A stretch of 64,000 nt of DNA from Okamejei kenojei. Lineage: Eukaryota. How positions within the stretch are numbered: the first letter of the stretch is position 1; every line of letters starts with the position of its first letter. Shown here piece by piece: positions 1-11,658 of this stretch. Under the pieces are notes generated by a model. The model was given only the letters and a program-made list of their open reading frames with translations, did not search any database and had not been told where the DNA came from. The stretch is taken from positions 43,772,001 to 43,836,000 of the forward strand of contig CM069147.1 in assembly GCA_035221665.1 (NCBI GenBank). The letters run 5' to 3'. The translations under genes were made by a program, and so were the position numbers.

Positions 1-512
1 CCAGGGAGGCAACACACCATCCTGGAGTCTGGCCCGTTGCCGCAGAATCTCCTGTCCGCACCTCTGACGATGGAGTCTCCCACCACTATGGCTCTGCCTG
101 ACGTCACTCTTCCCCGTTGAGCCTCGGCACCAGGGTTGGAATCATAGACCTGGCTGCCACTCAATCTTGTCGTGTCATCAGCTCCAACAGCTCCCAAGAG
201 AGTGTACCCGTTTTCAATAGGTACAGCCACCGGGGGCTCCTGCACTCCATGTTTACTTCTCCTCCTCGTTGTCACGCACCTTCGCTCTTCTGGTATCCTC
301 AGTGTGACAACCTCACTGTAGGCCCTGTCCAGGAAACTCTCATTATCCCAGATGGCCCTGAGGCCATCCAGATGCTGCTCCAATTCCCTGGCACCTTCAT
401 TCAGCAGCTGCACCTGGACACAATCTCCGCAGGTGTAGTTGTCATAAACACCAGCAGTGTCCCTGACTTCCCTCATCCCGCAGGACAGACCGTGAAACAA
501 CTTGTCTGCCAT
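1..512 (-). mobile_element. CR1 LINE ORF1 fragment (Zn-finger/leucine-zipper N-terminus plus SGNH/GDSL esterase start); runs off the window edge
   Basis: Minus-strand translation from ATG at 512 gives MADKLFHGLSCGMREVRDTAGVYDNYTCGDCVQVQLL..ELEQHLDGLRAIWDNESFLDRAYSEVVT. Positions 1-100 give RAIVVGDSIVRGADRRFCGNGPDSRMVCCLP, the typical CR1 ORF1 esterase GDS block. Confidence 0.85.
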
Positions 513-774
513 TACTCCAGTGGACAAAAATTACGAATTTCGGATGAGACACACTCAGAGTTGAGTGAAACCTATTCCCTTCTCTGCTGCCGATAGCCTC
601 CTTCTGCACTGCAATATGTCACAAGTTTAAATATCGGACACACGCAGAACCGATTCAAGTGTGGTCTCCTTGCCGTCTTTGCAAACACTAGGGAACTTTT
701 CCTGGTTCTTATTGTTCCAGGTGTTCATGAATATTCAAGATACTTTGTACTCCAGACCAGCATCTTCACACTCG

Positions 775-2125
775 ACACCCTCCCCTTCCCACGCTTGCTT
801 CCATCCTCACCCTGCCTCTTCTTCCTGTCTCCTTCAATCTCCTCTCTCTATTCCATCTCATCCCTGGCCCCCTAACACCTCACACTATCACTGTCCATCG
901 CCTCATCCCTATATTCCACCTCTCTCCTTCTTCCCCTCCCTCTCTTGCCACTTCCACCCTTCCCCCTCCTCCCTCTCTCCTCCTCCTTCTCCATCTTTAC
1001 CCCTTCATCCCCTTCCCCTACCCACACACCCATACTATCCCCTATCCCACTCTCTCCCTCTTTCTCCCCCTCCCTCCACGTCTCTCCATCCACCTCCACC
1101 GCCCCTCCTACATATACCCAACATGGCCCTCCCCGTCTCTTTCCCACTATCCCATTTCCTCCGTCTCTTTCCATCCCTTTCCCCCCCTCCTCCCCCCTCA
1201 TTCCTCCCCTACCATTGTCCTCCTCTCTCCCCCTATTTTCACCCCCCTCTCCCCTTCTCTCTCGTTTCACCCTTCCCACTTCATCCTCTCCCTCAACCCT
1301 CATCCTCCCTCTCTTCTCCCCACCCCTCAATCCCCCCCTCCTCTTCTTCTCTCCCCTTTCACCGTCCATCCCGTCTCTCCTCCTCTTCCTTGCTATTCCT
1401 CCCCATCCTCCCTGACTTACCCCTCTATCTCCCCCTCACCCTTCATTCCACCCATCCCCTCTCTCCCCTCATCCATCTCCCCCTCTCCCTCCCTCATTCC
1501 TTCATTCCCTCTCCCCTCCCTCCCTATCCCCCTCCCCTCTCCCCTCCCCCCCTATCCCCCTCCCCTCCCCTCCCCTCCTCCCCTCCCCTCCTTCTTCTCC
1601 CTCTCTCCCCTCCCTCTTCCTCATCCCATCTCCCTCACCCCACCCCTCTCCCATCTCTCTCCCTCCCCTCTCCATCCCCTTTTCTCCTCCCCCTCCACCC
1701 CCTCTCTCCCCCTTATCCTCTGTCCCTCTCTCCTTCTCTCCCCCTCTCTCCTCTCTCTCCCCCTTCCTCCCTCATTCCCTCTCCCCTCTCTCTATCCCCT
1801 CCTCTTTGCTCCCCCCTCACCCCACCCCTCTCTCCCACTCTCTCTCCCCTCTACCCCATCTCTCCCCCTCTCTCCCCCCTCCCTCCCCTCACTCCCCCTC
1901 TTTCTCTCCCCTCTACCCCATCTCTCCCCCCCTCTCTCCCCTCCCTCCCCCTCACTCCCCTCTCCTCTCCCCCTCTCTCCCACTCTCTCTCCCCTCTACC
2001 CCATCTCTCCCCCTCTCTCCCCCTCTCTCCCATCTCCCCTGTCTCTCCCTATCTCCCCCTATCTCCCCTTTGCCCCTCTCCCCCTCTTTCTCCCCTCTCT
2101 CCTCCTCACTCCCCCCCCCCCCCCC
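775..2125. repeat. Low-complexity polypyrimidine (C/T) tract in VPS9D1 intron 1
   Basis: Overwhelmingly C/T on the + strand, with imperfect CTCTCCCC units, repeated CCCCTCTACCCCATCTCTCCCC blocks near 1845-2015, and a C run at 2111-2125. Confidence 0.95.
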
Positions 2126-2136
2126 ACAGGGACCCC

Positions 2137-2150
2137 GTCTCCATGGCAAC
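2137..2150. promoter_or_regulatory. RFX X-box motif
   Basis: GTCTCCATGGCAAC matches the X-box consensus GTYNCCATGGNAAC. It lies ~65 bp into intron 1, within the CpG island. Confidence 0.5.
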
Positions 2151-2213
2151 CCCGGTGGGGTGGGGCGGGCGCGGGCAGCGAGTTTCGCGGCTGGCCGGCC
2201 GGCCGGGCTGTAC

Positions 2214-2306
2214 CTTGGTGCGGCTGTCAGTGTCGAGCTGGATCGCCCCCCTGGCCACCTTCATGGCGCCCTGCAGCGCGCTCCCCGCCGCCTCCTGCCC
2301 CGCCAT
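2214..2306 (-). CDS. VPS9D1: First coding exon of VPS9 domain-containing protein 1 (31 codons; further exons lie outside the window to the left)
   Basis: MAGQEAAGSALQGAMKVARGAIQLDTDSRTK resembles the human VPS9D1 N-terminus as I recall it (..[23 protein letters not shown]). Strong Kozak context GCGGCCATGG, phase-0 donor AAG|GTACAG exactly where the similarity ends, and a CpG island setting. Confidence 0.88.
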
Positions 2307-2444
2307 GGCCGCCCCGCCCCGCCCGCGGAACCGGCGTCGCGGGCCCAGGCCGCCACCCGGCGCCGTGACGCGGGGGGACCGGGGACCGCCGGACACTTTA
2401 GCCCGCGGACACTGCGGGGCGGGGGCGGCGGCGGCGGCACCGGC

Positions 2445-2458
2445 GCGCCCCCTGGTGG
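2445..2458 (-). promoter_or_regulatory. CTCF core motif
   Basis: The minus strand reads CCACCAGGGGGCGC, the CTCF core consensus, ~140 bp upstream of the VPS9D1 ATG. Confidence 0.65.
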
Positions 2459-3481
2459 AGCGGCCGCAACCTGCAGGCAGGTGACAGCCAGCCCCAGCTC
2501 TGCATTCAACTTGTTCAACATGTGCATTCATTTGCTCATGGCTTTGCAACGAAAAACAAGTAAAATAAAACCTGAAAAAGCTTGAAATATGGAATAAATT
2601 TAGAAAATGCTGCAAACACTTCGTAGATCTTTTTTTATTTTTAATTCTTCCACCAATTTTGGAGATCTTGAGGTGTGTGATGGAACCAAATCACTAGCAG
2701 CCTCTCACCACTTTGCACCTTTACATCTAACCCATGTGTCATTTAACTCGTTTTAATGTTAAAGATATGTTATTTTGCTGCATTCAAAACTTAAACTGAA
2801 TTGAGAGGAGAATTTTATTGTATCTAAATGGATGCAGTGAAACTGGATGCAGCACTTTTCTAGTCAAACTTTACATTTAGTCGTGTATTATTCTTCAAAA
2901 TCCACTTTTATGCCAACCCCTTGCAGTTGATTTCATTCTGAGGCTGTTAATGAACCAAGATGATGTGATGTAGTCCATTTCCTCGTAATCTAGTGGTTTT
3001 GACTGCCGTTCAACACTGAGTTATACAATCCTAAAGGAAATGATGCAGAGGAAATGTTTACAATTTCTAAAACAATTGAAGTGCAATGGTTCTGATCTAA
3101 AGAAATGCCAACTGTGGAAAATTAGAGAACTTTTCAGAAAGTGATAAAATGATTATAGCAAGAAAAACTCTTCACAGAAATAACTTATTTCTCATATTTT
3201 TTAAAACCTTGTTCAGAATAAAAAAAAATATATGGAACAGAACCTCCACAAACCCTTCATTTATTGTTTATACATTCAATAGTGTCATACTCGGTCGTTT
3301 TTGCACCTGTCTTTAAACAAAATACTCTGGCCACTCATGTCAAGAGTGTTTTATTGTAATGTATCCCAGATATAGCAATGACATTCTTACTTGCTGCAGC
3401 ACATTATGGCCCCGGGGTAATAATCCTTCCTTGTTTAAGGGATGGCCCCACCAGACTCTGCCCCTCAATATCCAACAGTAG

Positions 3482-3900
3482 ATCATAAGCTCATGTGATA
3501 GGAGCTAAAGTAATCCATTTGGCCCATTAAGTCTACATTGAACCATGGCTGATCTACCTCTCCCTCCTAACCCCATTCTCCTGCCTTCTCCCCATAACGT
3601 CTGACACCTGTACTAATCAAGAATCTATCTATCTCTGCCTTAACTAACGACCTCCACAGCCTTCTGTGGCAATGAATTCCACAGATTCACCACCCTCTGA
3701 CTAAATAAATTCCTCCTCATCTCCTTCCTAAAATAATGTCCTTTAATTTTGAGGCTATGACCTCTGGTCCTAGACTCTCCCACTAGTGGAAATATCATCT
3801 CCACATTTACTCTATCCAAGCCTTTCACTATTCTGTACATTTCAATGAGGTCCCCCCTCTTTCTTCTAAACTCCTGCGAGTACAGGCCCAGTGACGTCAA
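3482..3900 (-). mobile_element. CR1 LINE 3' fragment (ORF2 C-terminus plus 3' UTR)
   Basis: ORF 3640-3900 reads LGLYSQEFRRKRGDLIEMYRIVKGLD..RTRGHSLKI..FSQRVVNLWNSLP, the CR1 ORF2 tail. Confidence 0.9.
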
Positions 3901-4031
3901 ACCCTAGACTGTGGTCCTCCCCCACAGAGCCTTGACGTTGGCTGCACCAAGCTTCAACGCATCCCTAACCACGTACCCCTGCAGTCTGGAAATAGCCCGT
4001 CAGCAACATTCCCTGACAGACATCTCACTGT

Positions 4032-4247
4032 GGGTACACAAAAGTCTGGAGAAACTCAGCGGGTGCAGCAACATCTAAGGAGCGAAGGAGATAGGCGACG
4101 TTTCGGGTCGAGACCCTTCTTCAGACTGGTCTCGACCCGAAACGTCGCCTATCTCCTTCGCTCCTTAGATGCTGCTGCACCGCTGAGTTTCTCCAGCCTT
4201 TTGTGTACCGTCGATTCTCCAGCATCTGCAGTTCCTTCTTTAACACA
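4032..4247. mobile_element. Penelope-derived fold-back mini-insert with hammerhead motif
   Basis: Inverted arms at 4033-4115 and 4128-4209. 14-bp TSD AGACATCTCACTGT at 4018-4031 and 4248-4261. The sequence equals the 3' end of the Penelope copy at 21885-22017. Confidence 0.85.
4097..4124 (-). ncRNA. Minimal type-I hammerhead ribozyme motif (Penelope-associated)
   Basis: CTGAAGA-A-GGGTC-TC-GACCC-GAAA-CGTC: CUGANGA and GAAA cores, helix II, loopless palindromic helix III (ACGU) and a GUC cleavage triplet. Activity is untested. Confidence 0.6.
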
Positions 4248-4892
4248 AGACATCTCACTGTACTGGGAGACGAACAAGTCTCGGGCTGGCCAAAGAGTTG
4301 ATAATCTTCCAGCAGCACAGTCATATGACCACACTTTTATGCTTCAAAAAACAAAGCTCTGTCATCGTAGCATCGTGCGTCAATGAAAGATGATGTGTCA
4401 AGACTTCCTCTTTAAGTAGTTCGGAGTATATTTCGATGTGAATGTAATGAAAACAACTGATCAGCTTGGCTTATGAACAGTAAAAACAACCACAGGTTGA
4501 ATGCACTAAAATAAAGAGAAAATAAATGTGCCAGAAAATTGTTATAAAGAGGGCAGTTAAATCTTCCAAGGCTGTTGGGATCAGATTTCAGTTCATTGCC
4601 TGCCATTATCTCAAATGACAGCAAAATGGATAGAAAATTCTGTTGTCAATGAAAATGTAAAATCCAGCTATACAAACATTCCACCAGTGTTACTGCAGCT
4701 GTTAAAAAACAGATGATTAGTCTTGAGATGAAAACCAAACAAACCTATGACCTGTTGTTATCTTCGAATGGTTTGGCCCTCAGGTGCATCTTTAATTGTT
4801 TTCAAAAAACAGTTTTCCATTATTCTGTGAGTTCTTGACCTGGCTCAGCTCTGGGGAATATCTGCCCCACATATGGAGTTCAAACATCAAGC

Positions 4893-5220
4893 ACAGTAGC
4901 ACAGTTGGGAGAGCAGACTCCCCGTGGCACCAGAGTCCTGATTTCAATCCTGACTTCAGTTGCTGTCAGTGTGGAGTTTGCACGTTCTCTCTGTGACTCG
5001 CGTGGGTTTGCTCTGGGTGCTCTGGTTTCTTCCCACATCCCAAAGACGTGCGGGTTTGTCTGTTAAGTGGCCTCTGTAAATTGCCCCCAGTGTGTGCAGC
5101 GAGTGAGTGATAAAGTGCGATAACATAGAACTAGTTGAAATGGGTGATCGATGGTCAGTGTAGACTCGGTGGGCCAAAGGTCCCGGTTCCATGCTGTAGC
5201 TCTAAACTAAACTAAACAAA
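4893..5220 (+). mobile_element. HE1-like tRNA-derived V-SINE
   Basis: Degenerate tRNA head, V-domain (GGAGTTTGCACGTTCTC..TTCCCACATCCCAAAGACGTG), CR1-like tail ending in (CTAAA)n. Confidence 0.85.
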
Positions 5221-6199
5221 ACATCACCACAGGGCCCACTATGATGAGCTTGTTTTGTAGATGCTTTCGGGTGGGACACAAACTTTGAATGAGTATTAGT
5301 TGTTAGTTATTTTTGCCCAAATCTTCTACATTTCAACCAGATCTTTCCTCACACTTCTGTGCTGTCATGGATACAGATAGAGTTGATCCAACCTCTCCTC
5401 ATACAAAGCTCCAGCAACCTCTCTGGTGAACCTGTCACATCCCTTTAATCAGTTGAAAGAATGGGTTGCAGAATAGACAAGCTGTAGTTTCAGGTTGTAC
5501 CTGTAAACTTAGCTGAAACTCTGGTGCTTATTGGGAACTTTTTTTGTTTTAATTCACTCACAATATCTGGGCGTTTCATCACAGCTGTCCATTGTTCATT
5601 ATCCCTCAATGTCCTAGCATAGGCCTCTTGCTCCATTTCTGTGGAGAAGCCACTCTCACTGTAACACTGGGACGAGGTTCCAGGATTATCACTTAGTGTT
5701 GAGGTGAGAACTGGGATATATTTTATATGTAGCAGGATGGTGGAGACCATAAAGGTGCTGGTATACGGGAAGGAACTGCAGATGCTGGTTTAAACGGAAA
5801 TTAGACACAAAAAGCAGGAGTAACTCAGACAAAGGTGCTGGTCATGTGCGATCATGTGCCCACGTTCTCCAGTTCTGTAAAGGGTGAATTGTACAAGTAT
5901 TGTACAAGTATTAAACTGTGGGCTGCTGGCATTTTTAATGTGTTGCCCCCCGATCATAAATCCCATGCTCAGTTGGTTAAACACACCAGATGCGTGCTTT
6001 GTTTCGGTCTTCCCAAAGGAGTTGTTGAATAGGAACCTCTCGCAACTTAACCGCATGTTTCCTGCAGCCCATCATTACGGGTCAAAACATCCAAGGCCAA
6101 CAGTTGCGGGAATTTCACCTCCTTCTGCAGAAAATGTTGTTACCGTTGCATGAGGTGAAATACCTACTCCAGTAACCTGCAATCATTTGCTATTTTACC

Positions 6200-6365
6200 A
6201 GGGTCACAGCACGGAAACTGGCCCTTCAGCTCACCTCGTCCATGTTGACCAAGATACCCCACCTAAGCTAGACCCATTTGCCCGTGTTTGGCCCATATCT
6301 TTCTAAATCATTCCCAAACATGGACCTGTCAATGTTGTTACTGTATTTGCCTCTACTTGGTTGAG
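6200..6365 (-). mobile_element. CR1 3' tail fragment
   Basis: GGAAACTGGCCCTTCAGC..CCCATTTGCC..TTGGCCCATATC matches the other CR1 3' UTR copies in the window. Confidence 0.65.
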
Positions 6366-6685
6366 GCAGGTATGATAACAATTTTGAAATTGTGAATGTC
6401 CTTGGTAAGTATACTCTAGCTTGCCCATGGCAAGGGACTCTTGGAATATAATTACAATCACAGTGGCTGTGTTGTTATTATAATCAAAAGTTTTTCTACA
6501 GTAGCAAATGGCTACAAATTTCAAAGGTCCACTGCATGATTTGCCATGGTGGAATCGGAATCTGCTGAATATCATGATATGAAAAAGATACGGTGCATCG
6601 GTCTTCACCTATGCCAATCATGTCTTGCACATATACTGTTAAGAACTTGTGAGATTCACGAGTATTCACAAGAGACCAGTTTTTT

Positions 6686-7527
6686 CAGCTGACCTCTACT
6701 GGGCTGAGGCCAGTCGGCAACTCTCAGACACCTCCTCCTACTTATCCTTGGACCACGATCCCACAGATGAGCACCAGGCCTTATCTCACACACCATTACT
6801 GATTTCATCACTTCTGGCTGTCTACCTTCCACAGCCTCCAACCTTATCATTTCTCAGCCCCACACAGCCCGGTTTTACCTTCTCCCCAAAATCCATAAAC
6901 ACAACTGCCCTGGCAGACCCATTGTTTCTGCCTGCTCCCGTCCCACGGAAATGATTTCCATGTACCTCGACTCCATCCTATCCCCCCGGTCCAATCTCTC
7001 CCGACCTATGTCCATGATACCTCACATACCCTTCGCCTCTTTAATAACTAATGCTTTCCGAGCCCCCACTCCCTCATCTTTATTATGGACATTCAGTTGC
7101 TACATCTCCATCCCCCACCAGGAAGGCCTTAAAGCCCTCCATTTCTTCCTCGGCCGCAGAACCATCCAATTTTCCTCTACTAACACTACTCCGCCTAGCA
7201 GAGCTGGTCCTCACCCTCAACAACTTCTCCTTTGACTCCTCCCACTTCCTCCAAGTCCAAGGCGTAGCTATGGGCACTCGCATGGCCCCCAGCAATGCCT
7301 GCCTCTGTAGGATACGTTGAACAATCCCTGTTCCAAGCGTACACTGGCCCTATCCCCGAACTCTATCTCCGTTACATTGATGACTGCATCAGTGCTACCT
7401 CCTGCACCCATGCAGAACTCAATGACTTCATCAACTTCACCACCAATTTTTATCCTGCACTCAAATTTACTTTGACCATCTCCGACACTTCCCACCCCTT
7501 TCTTGATCTCACAGTCTCCATCACAGG
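6686..7527 (+). mobile_element. Penelope-like element RT fragment (frameshifted), interrupted at its 3' side by the Gypsy element
   Basis: LAELVLTLNNFSFDSSHFLQVQGVAMGTRMAPS, GYVEQSLF..LYLRYIDDCI and PFLDLTVSITG are PLE RT motifs. The frame resumes after 12560 as LLTDVYYKPTDSHNYL. Confidence 0.9.
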
Positions 7528-10500
7528 ATGGAGATCCTGGTGTTTGACGAAGACCTCACAGAACGACGGCGCATATTTGAAGAAGATTTCTCATTTTACA
7601 TTGAAGCAGCTCACCCTACTGCTGCTCCCGGTGTTCGAGCGTCAATTCTTCTTAATCTAGCAGGCACAGAAGCTGCCCGACGTGTCAGAAAATTTCATTG
7701 TGAACCGGCTAGGTTTGACCTGGCTGGTGTCCAGATCGCTCCCGCAGAGTCTATCCATGACCCTGATTGCCTACTCCGCAAATTCCGACAGTTATGGAGT
7801 TACGCACTAACTTGGGTCATGGAGAGGCATTTGTTCTTTTCCCAAAGCCAGAGACAGGGTGAACCTGTGGAGATATATGTCAGTGCCATGAAGCACATTA
7901 CCAGTCGATGCGATTACAGAGTTATATATGATAGCCTAGTCCGTGACCGTTGGTCTATAGTGTCCGCAATGATAAATTATGCGACGAGTTACTGCGGGAT
8001 GCTGAGCTTACTCTAGAAAACCGTTGTCGCATTGCAGAAATGGCTGAAGCTCATACAGAGGTTTTAGGGCACTCTGCTGGTCGTGAAATTAATGCTGCCG
8101 GCATGTCTGATCAAATCTCTCGCCGTTCTCCTCAAGTGACCGACAACTCTATCATGAAACTAATAGACAATTGTTTTAACTGTGGGAGTTCGCATGCTGC
8201 TGCTCATGACTGTTGCCCTGCGTATGGAAAATTATATCGATTTTGTAACAAAAGGAATCTCTGTTTCAAATGCTGGCGCTCGTGTAGCAACAGACTTCAA
8301 ACAAGGCAATCTGTTAATTCACTTGGCCATGAACACCTGCTCTCGGAATGCTCTCAACCAGCTCCCTCGGATTTGCAGGCTGCTAGCAAAGGTTTTGACT
8401 TAGATGTGCATTCCCTGTCTGACTCAATACACAAACAACAAGACGCCAAGATCACTTTGCTTGTTAATGGCAAGAACTTTTATCTGAAAGTCGACACAGG
8501 GGCCAGATGTAATGTGATCTGTCTAGCTGTGTTGAAAAAGGTACGAAAAACACAGACTGTCACTCCTACGGCTGCCTTCCCTTCTCCCATTTGCAGGAGG
8601 TCCAGTGCACCCTATCTGTCAAGTCAAGTTATACTGCTGTCTTAACTCGCGTGTCCACAGCCTGAGTTTCTATGTTGTTCGTGAGGATGTGCCGTCTCTG
8701 CTGGGTGCCAACGCATGTCACGACCTGGGACTTGTCTCTCTCAGCCTGAGATAATCCTGAGATTAACCTTGAGATAATCCTAGTTGTCCTAGTTGTCCGT
8801 CCAGCACTCAAGATTCCCCTTGCGAGACCATGCTCAAAGTGAACTCAACAGAATGTTGTCTATATGTGTGATTGCTCCCATCGCTGACCCCTTGGATTGG
8901 GTTTCCACCATGGTTATGGCAACGAAGAAGAATAAAGATGAAATATGAATTTGTATCAACCCTAAGGACTTAAACACAGCCGAACGAACCTCACTATCCC
9001 ATGCGCACTGTGGACGAGATTGCAGCGCAGATGGGTGAGGCAAATGTATTCACTGTACTAGATGCCAAGAGTTCATTCTGGCAGATTTGGCTGGAACACA
9101 ACGCCTCCAAGTTAACCACCTTCAGCACACCGTTTGGGTGATACAGATTTCTTCGTATGCCTTTTGGCATAAACTCTGCCACTGAAGTATTTCAACAAGC
9201 TATGGAACTGTTGTTTGCGGGTTACCCTTGCTCCATTGTAGTGGATGACATCCTCGTTGCTGGACGAACTGTCGAAGAACACAATGCTAATCTGACAAAG
9301 GTCCTGGATCACGCCAAGGCCATTAACCTCAAACTAAACCCTAAAAAATGCAAATTCAGGGCAAGTGAGGTGAATTACATAGGCCATGTGTTCACTAAGG
9401 ACGGCCTAAAAACTGATCTGGCAAAAACCAGTGCCATGAACGAGCTCCCAGCACCCACAGACGTGCTTGGTCTACAAAGATTCCTTGGCACGGTGAACTA
9501 CTTGAGCAAATTTATTCCGGACTTCAGTGAAATATCAGCCCCGTTGCGCCAGCTTACACACAAAGACACTGCTTGGACCTGGCACGAGCAGAGGGTGTTC
9601 GACCCTCTTAATCAGCAGATGTCTTGTGCTCCTACTCTCTCTTATTTTTATCCTAAACGACCGGTCACTCTGACTGGTGACGCTTCACAACACGGACTGG
9701 GCGCAGCATGTCTTCAAAATGACGGTAGCGGCAATAAGCCTGTTGCCTACGCCTCACGCACTATGACGGACATAGAACAGCGAGATGCCCAAATTGAGAA
9801 AGAGCTACTGGCGGTTGTTTTTGCCTACAAGAAATTCAACGACTTTATCTTCGGACATGCGGTCACGATTGAAACTGACCACCAACCTCTGGTCAGCATT
9901 TTTAACAAACCGATTCAGGGCGCCTACAGCGGATGCTGCTACAACTTCAAAAATATGACAGTGTTCTGACCTACAAATGTGGTAAGGATGTGCACCTGGC
10001 TGACACTCTCTCGCGTGCACCCTGGAAGACCTGCGCGGGTCCGTCCTCGCCGGATGATGACTTTATCGTAATGACTGTGTCCTTTATTCCCTCGTCCTGT
10101 GTGGAGGATTAGGTTGCCCACACTGCTGCTGACAGTGCGGTCGCTCGCCTCGTCATTAAGTGCGGCTGGCCAGACAAACACTACAACGTTCCCCTGCCAG
10201 TTCAGCCTTTCTTTGCCGTCCGCGATGAGCTAGTGCTGCAGGATGGCATTATTGTAAAAGGACATAAGGCTGTGGTCCCTGCTTCGCTGCACAGCAAGTA
10301 TTTTGACGCTGTCCATGCAGGGCACCCAGGCGCTGAAGCCACCGTCCTGCGGGCAAGAAACATGTTTTACTGGCCTGGCATGGCCGAATACGTCACTGAG
10401 AATGTGACGTACTGTGCAGTGTGTAACAGCTTGGCACCTCACCAACAAAAGCAAACACTTCTTTCACATCCCGCTCCTGCTCTCCCGTGGTCTACAGTGG

Positions 10501-10913
10501 CAACTGACATATTTGAATGGCATGACAAGCAGTACCTGGTACTTATCGATTCGTATTCTGGATGGTTTGACATTGATTTTCTTAGCAGCCCCACTTCTCG
10601 CGGGGTAGTTTTGAAGCTTGCTCGCCATTTTGCAGACCACGGAGCTCCCTGCATTGTGTTATCAGATAATAACAGTCAATTTACCAGCCAACACTTCAAG
10701 GAGTTTGCTGCACGCTGGGGTTTTTGCCACATCACCAGCAGCCCTGAATATCCACAGTCAAGTGGACTAGCTGAGCGGGCTGTCAAGAGTGCCAAACATC
10801 TAATGTAACAATCGTATAGAGCTAATTCCAACGTGTACCTGGATCTGCTCAACCGACGCAACATCTCCCGAAACCCCATTTTGGGTTCACCCGCTCAACT
10901 TCTATTGTCAAGC

Positions 10914-11658
10914 TGTTAATATTGGCTAAATTAAAGACACCATAAAATGCACTTGTCAGAATTGCTCAAACCTTGTCAGCTGAAGTTTCCAGGCTTTGAT
11001 TGGCACCAGCCAGTCTAGGCTCAGACTGATGTGCAAGATGGTAAGGGGTCCAGGTGTTCTCCATGTTTCTCTTAAATTGATAACGTGTAAAGTGATTTTG
11101 CAAACTGATCTTAAATGCATCATTTCTACTGGGCCGCTGCAAAAGCATTGTAAAACAGTATACATAATGTTGCAAGATGCTCGTCCTGTTAATTGATGAT
11201 CCATCGAACTGTAGAGCCTTCGAGAAATTGTTTGATTTCCAAGGCACATGTTTGTCCTTCGAGAGATTTCTTTCTGATACAATGTATTGAACAGTTCTAT
11301 CATTAGGTTAGGAAAATGCCTGTTATGTATGTGGTTAATCGTTATCTGTAATTGGGTTATTGAGGGACCACCCCCGTGTGGTTCGGCCACTCGAGGTCCC
11401 AGGACATATAAAAGTCTGCGACCACGTGGCTCGGCGTCGATCTTTTGGGGCAACGCTCGGGACTGCGTAAACTTCAGGAGGCGCTCTGTCTGAGCGACGT
11501 CTAGAGGGCTTGAACAGGCAGACGCGAGGATCGAACCCGCGGTGGGATAGGATCTGTGACGCGCTCTTGTTAAAATAAAATGTAGTTGTTTCAAGTGCTT
11601 GATTCAGTGTTTTTACTGAAACTAGACTGGGGGGAAGCTTAGAAACGAGCAATTATCA
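10914..11658 (+). mobile_element. Solo LTR (745 bp) of a second LTR/ERV family inserted in the Gypsy integrase
   Basis: TGTTAAT...ATTATCA termini, 4-bp TSD AAGC/AAGG, TATAAAA at 11407-11413 and AATAAA at 11574-11579. Removing it restores the integrase frame LLSRQTRATVPVA. Confidence 0.85.

Larger units (their letters stand above)
2130..2490. promoter_or_regulatory. CpG island / promoter of VPS9D1
   Basis: Very GC- and CpG-rich 360 bp segment that contrasts sharply with its flanks. It has a GC box GGGGCGGGGG at 2416-2425 and spans the start-codon exon. Confidence 0.85.

Noticed and set aside
661-2585. Long Pro/Ser/Leu-rich ORFs (607 aa, 259 aa) and antisense Gly/Glu/Arg-rich ORFs
   Set aside because: Artefacts of a C/T low-complexity tract and a CpG island that lack stop codons.
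2106-2615. 169-aa minus-strand ORF as a whole protein
   Set aside because: Only 2214-2306 resembles VPS9D1. The rest is promoter/UTR and intron read-through.
10956-11594. 212-aa minus-strand ORF as an env or accessory gene
   Set aside because: It lies wholly within the solo LTR on the antisense strand and has no recognisable motifs.
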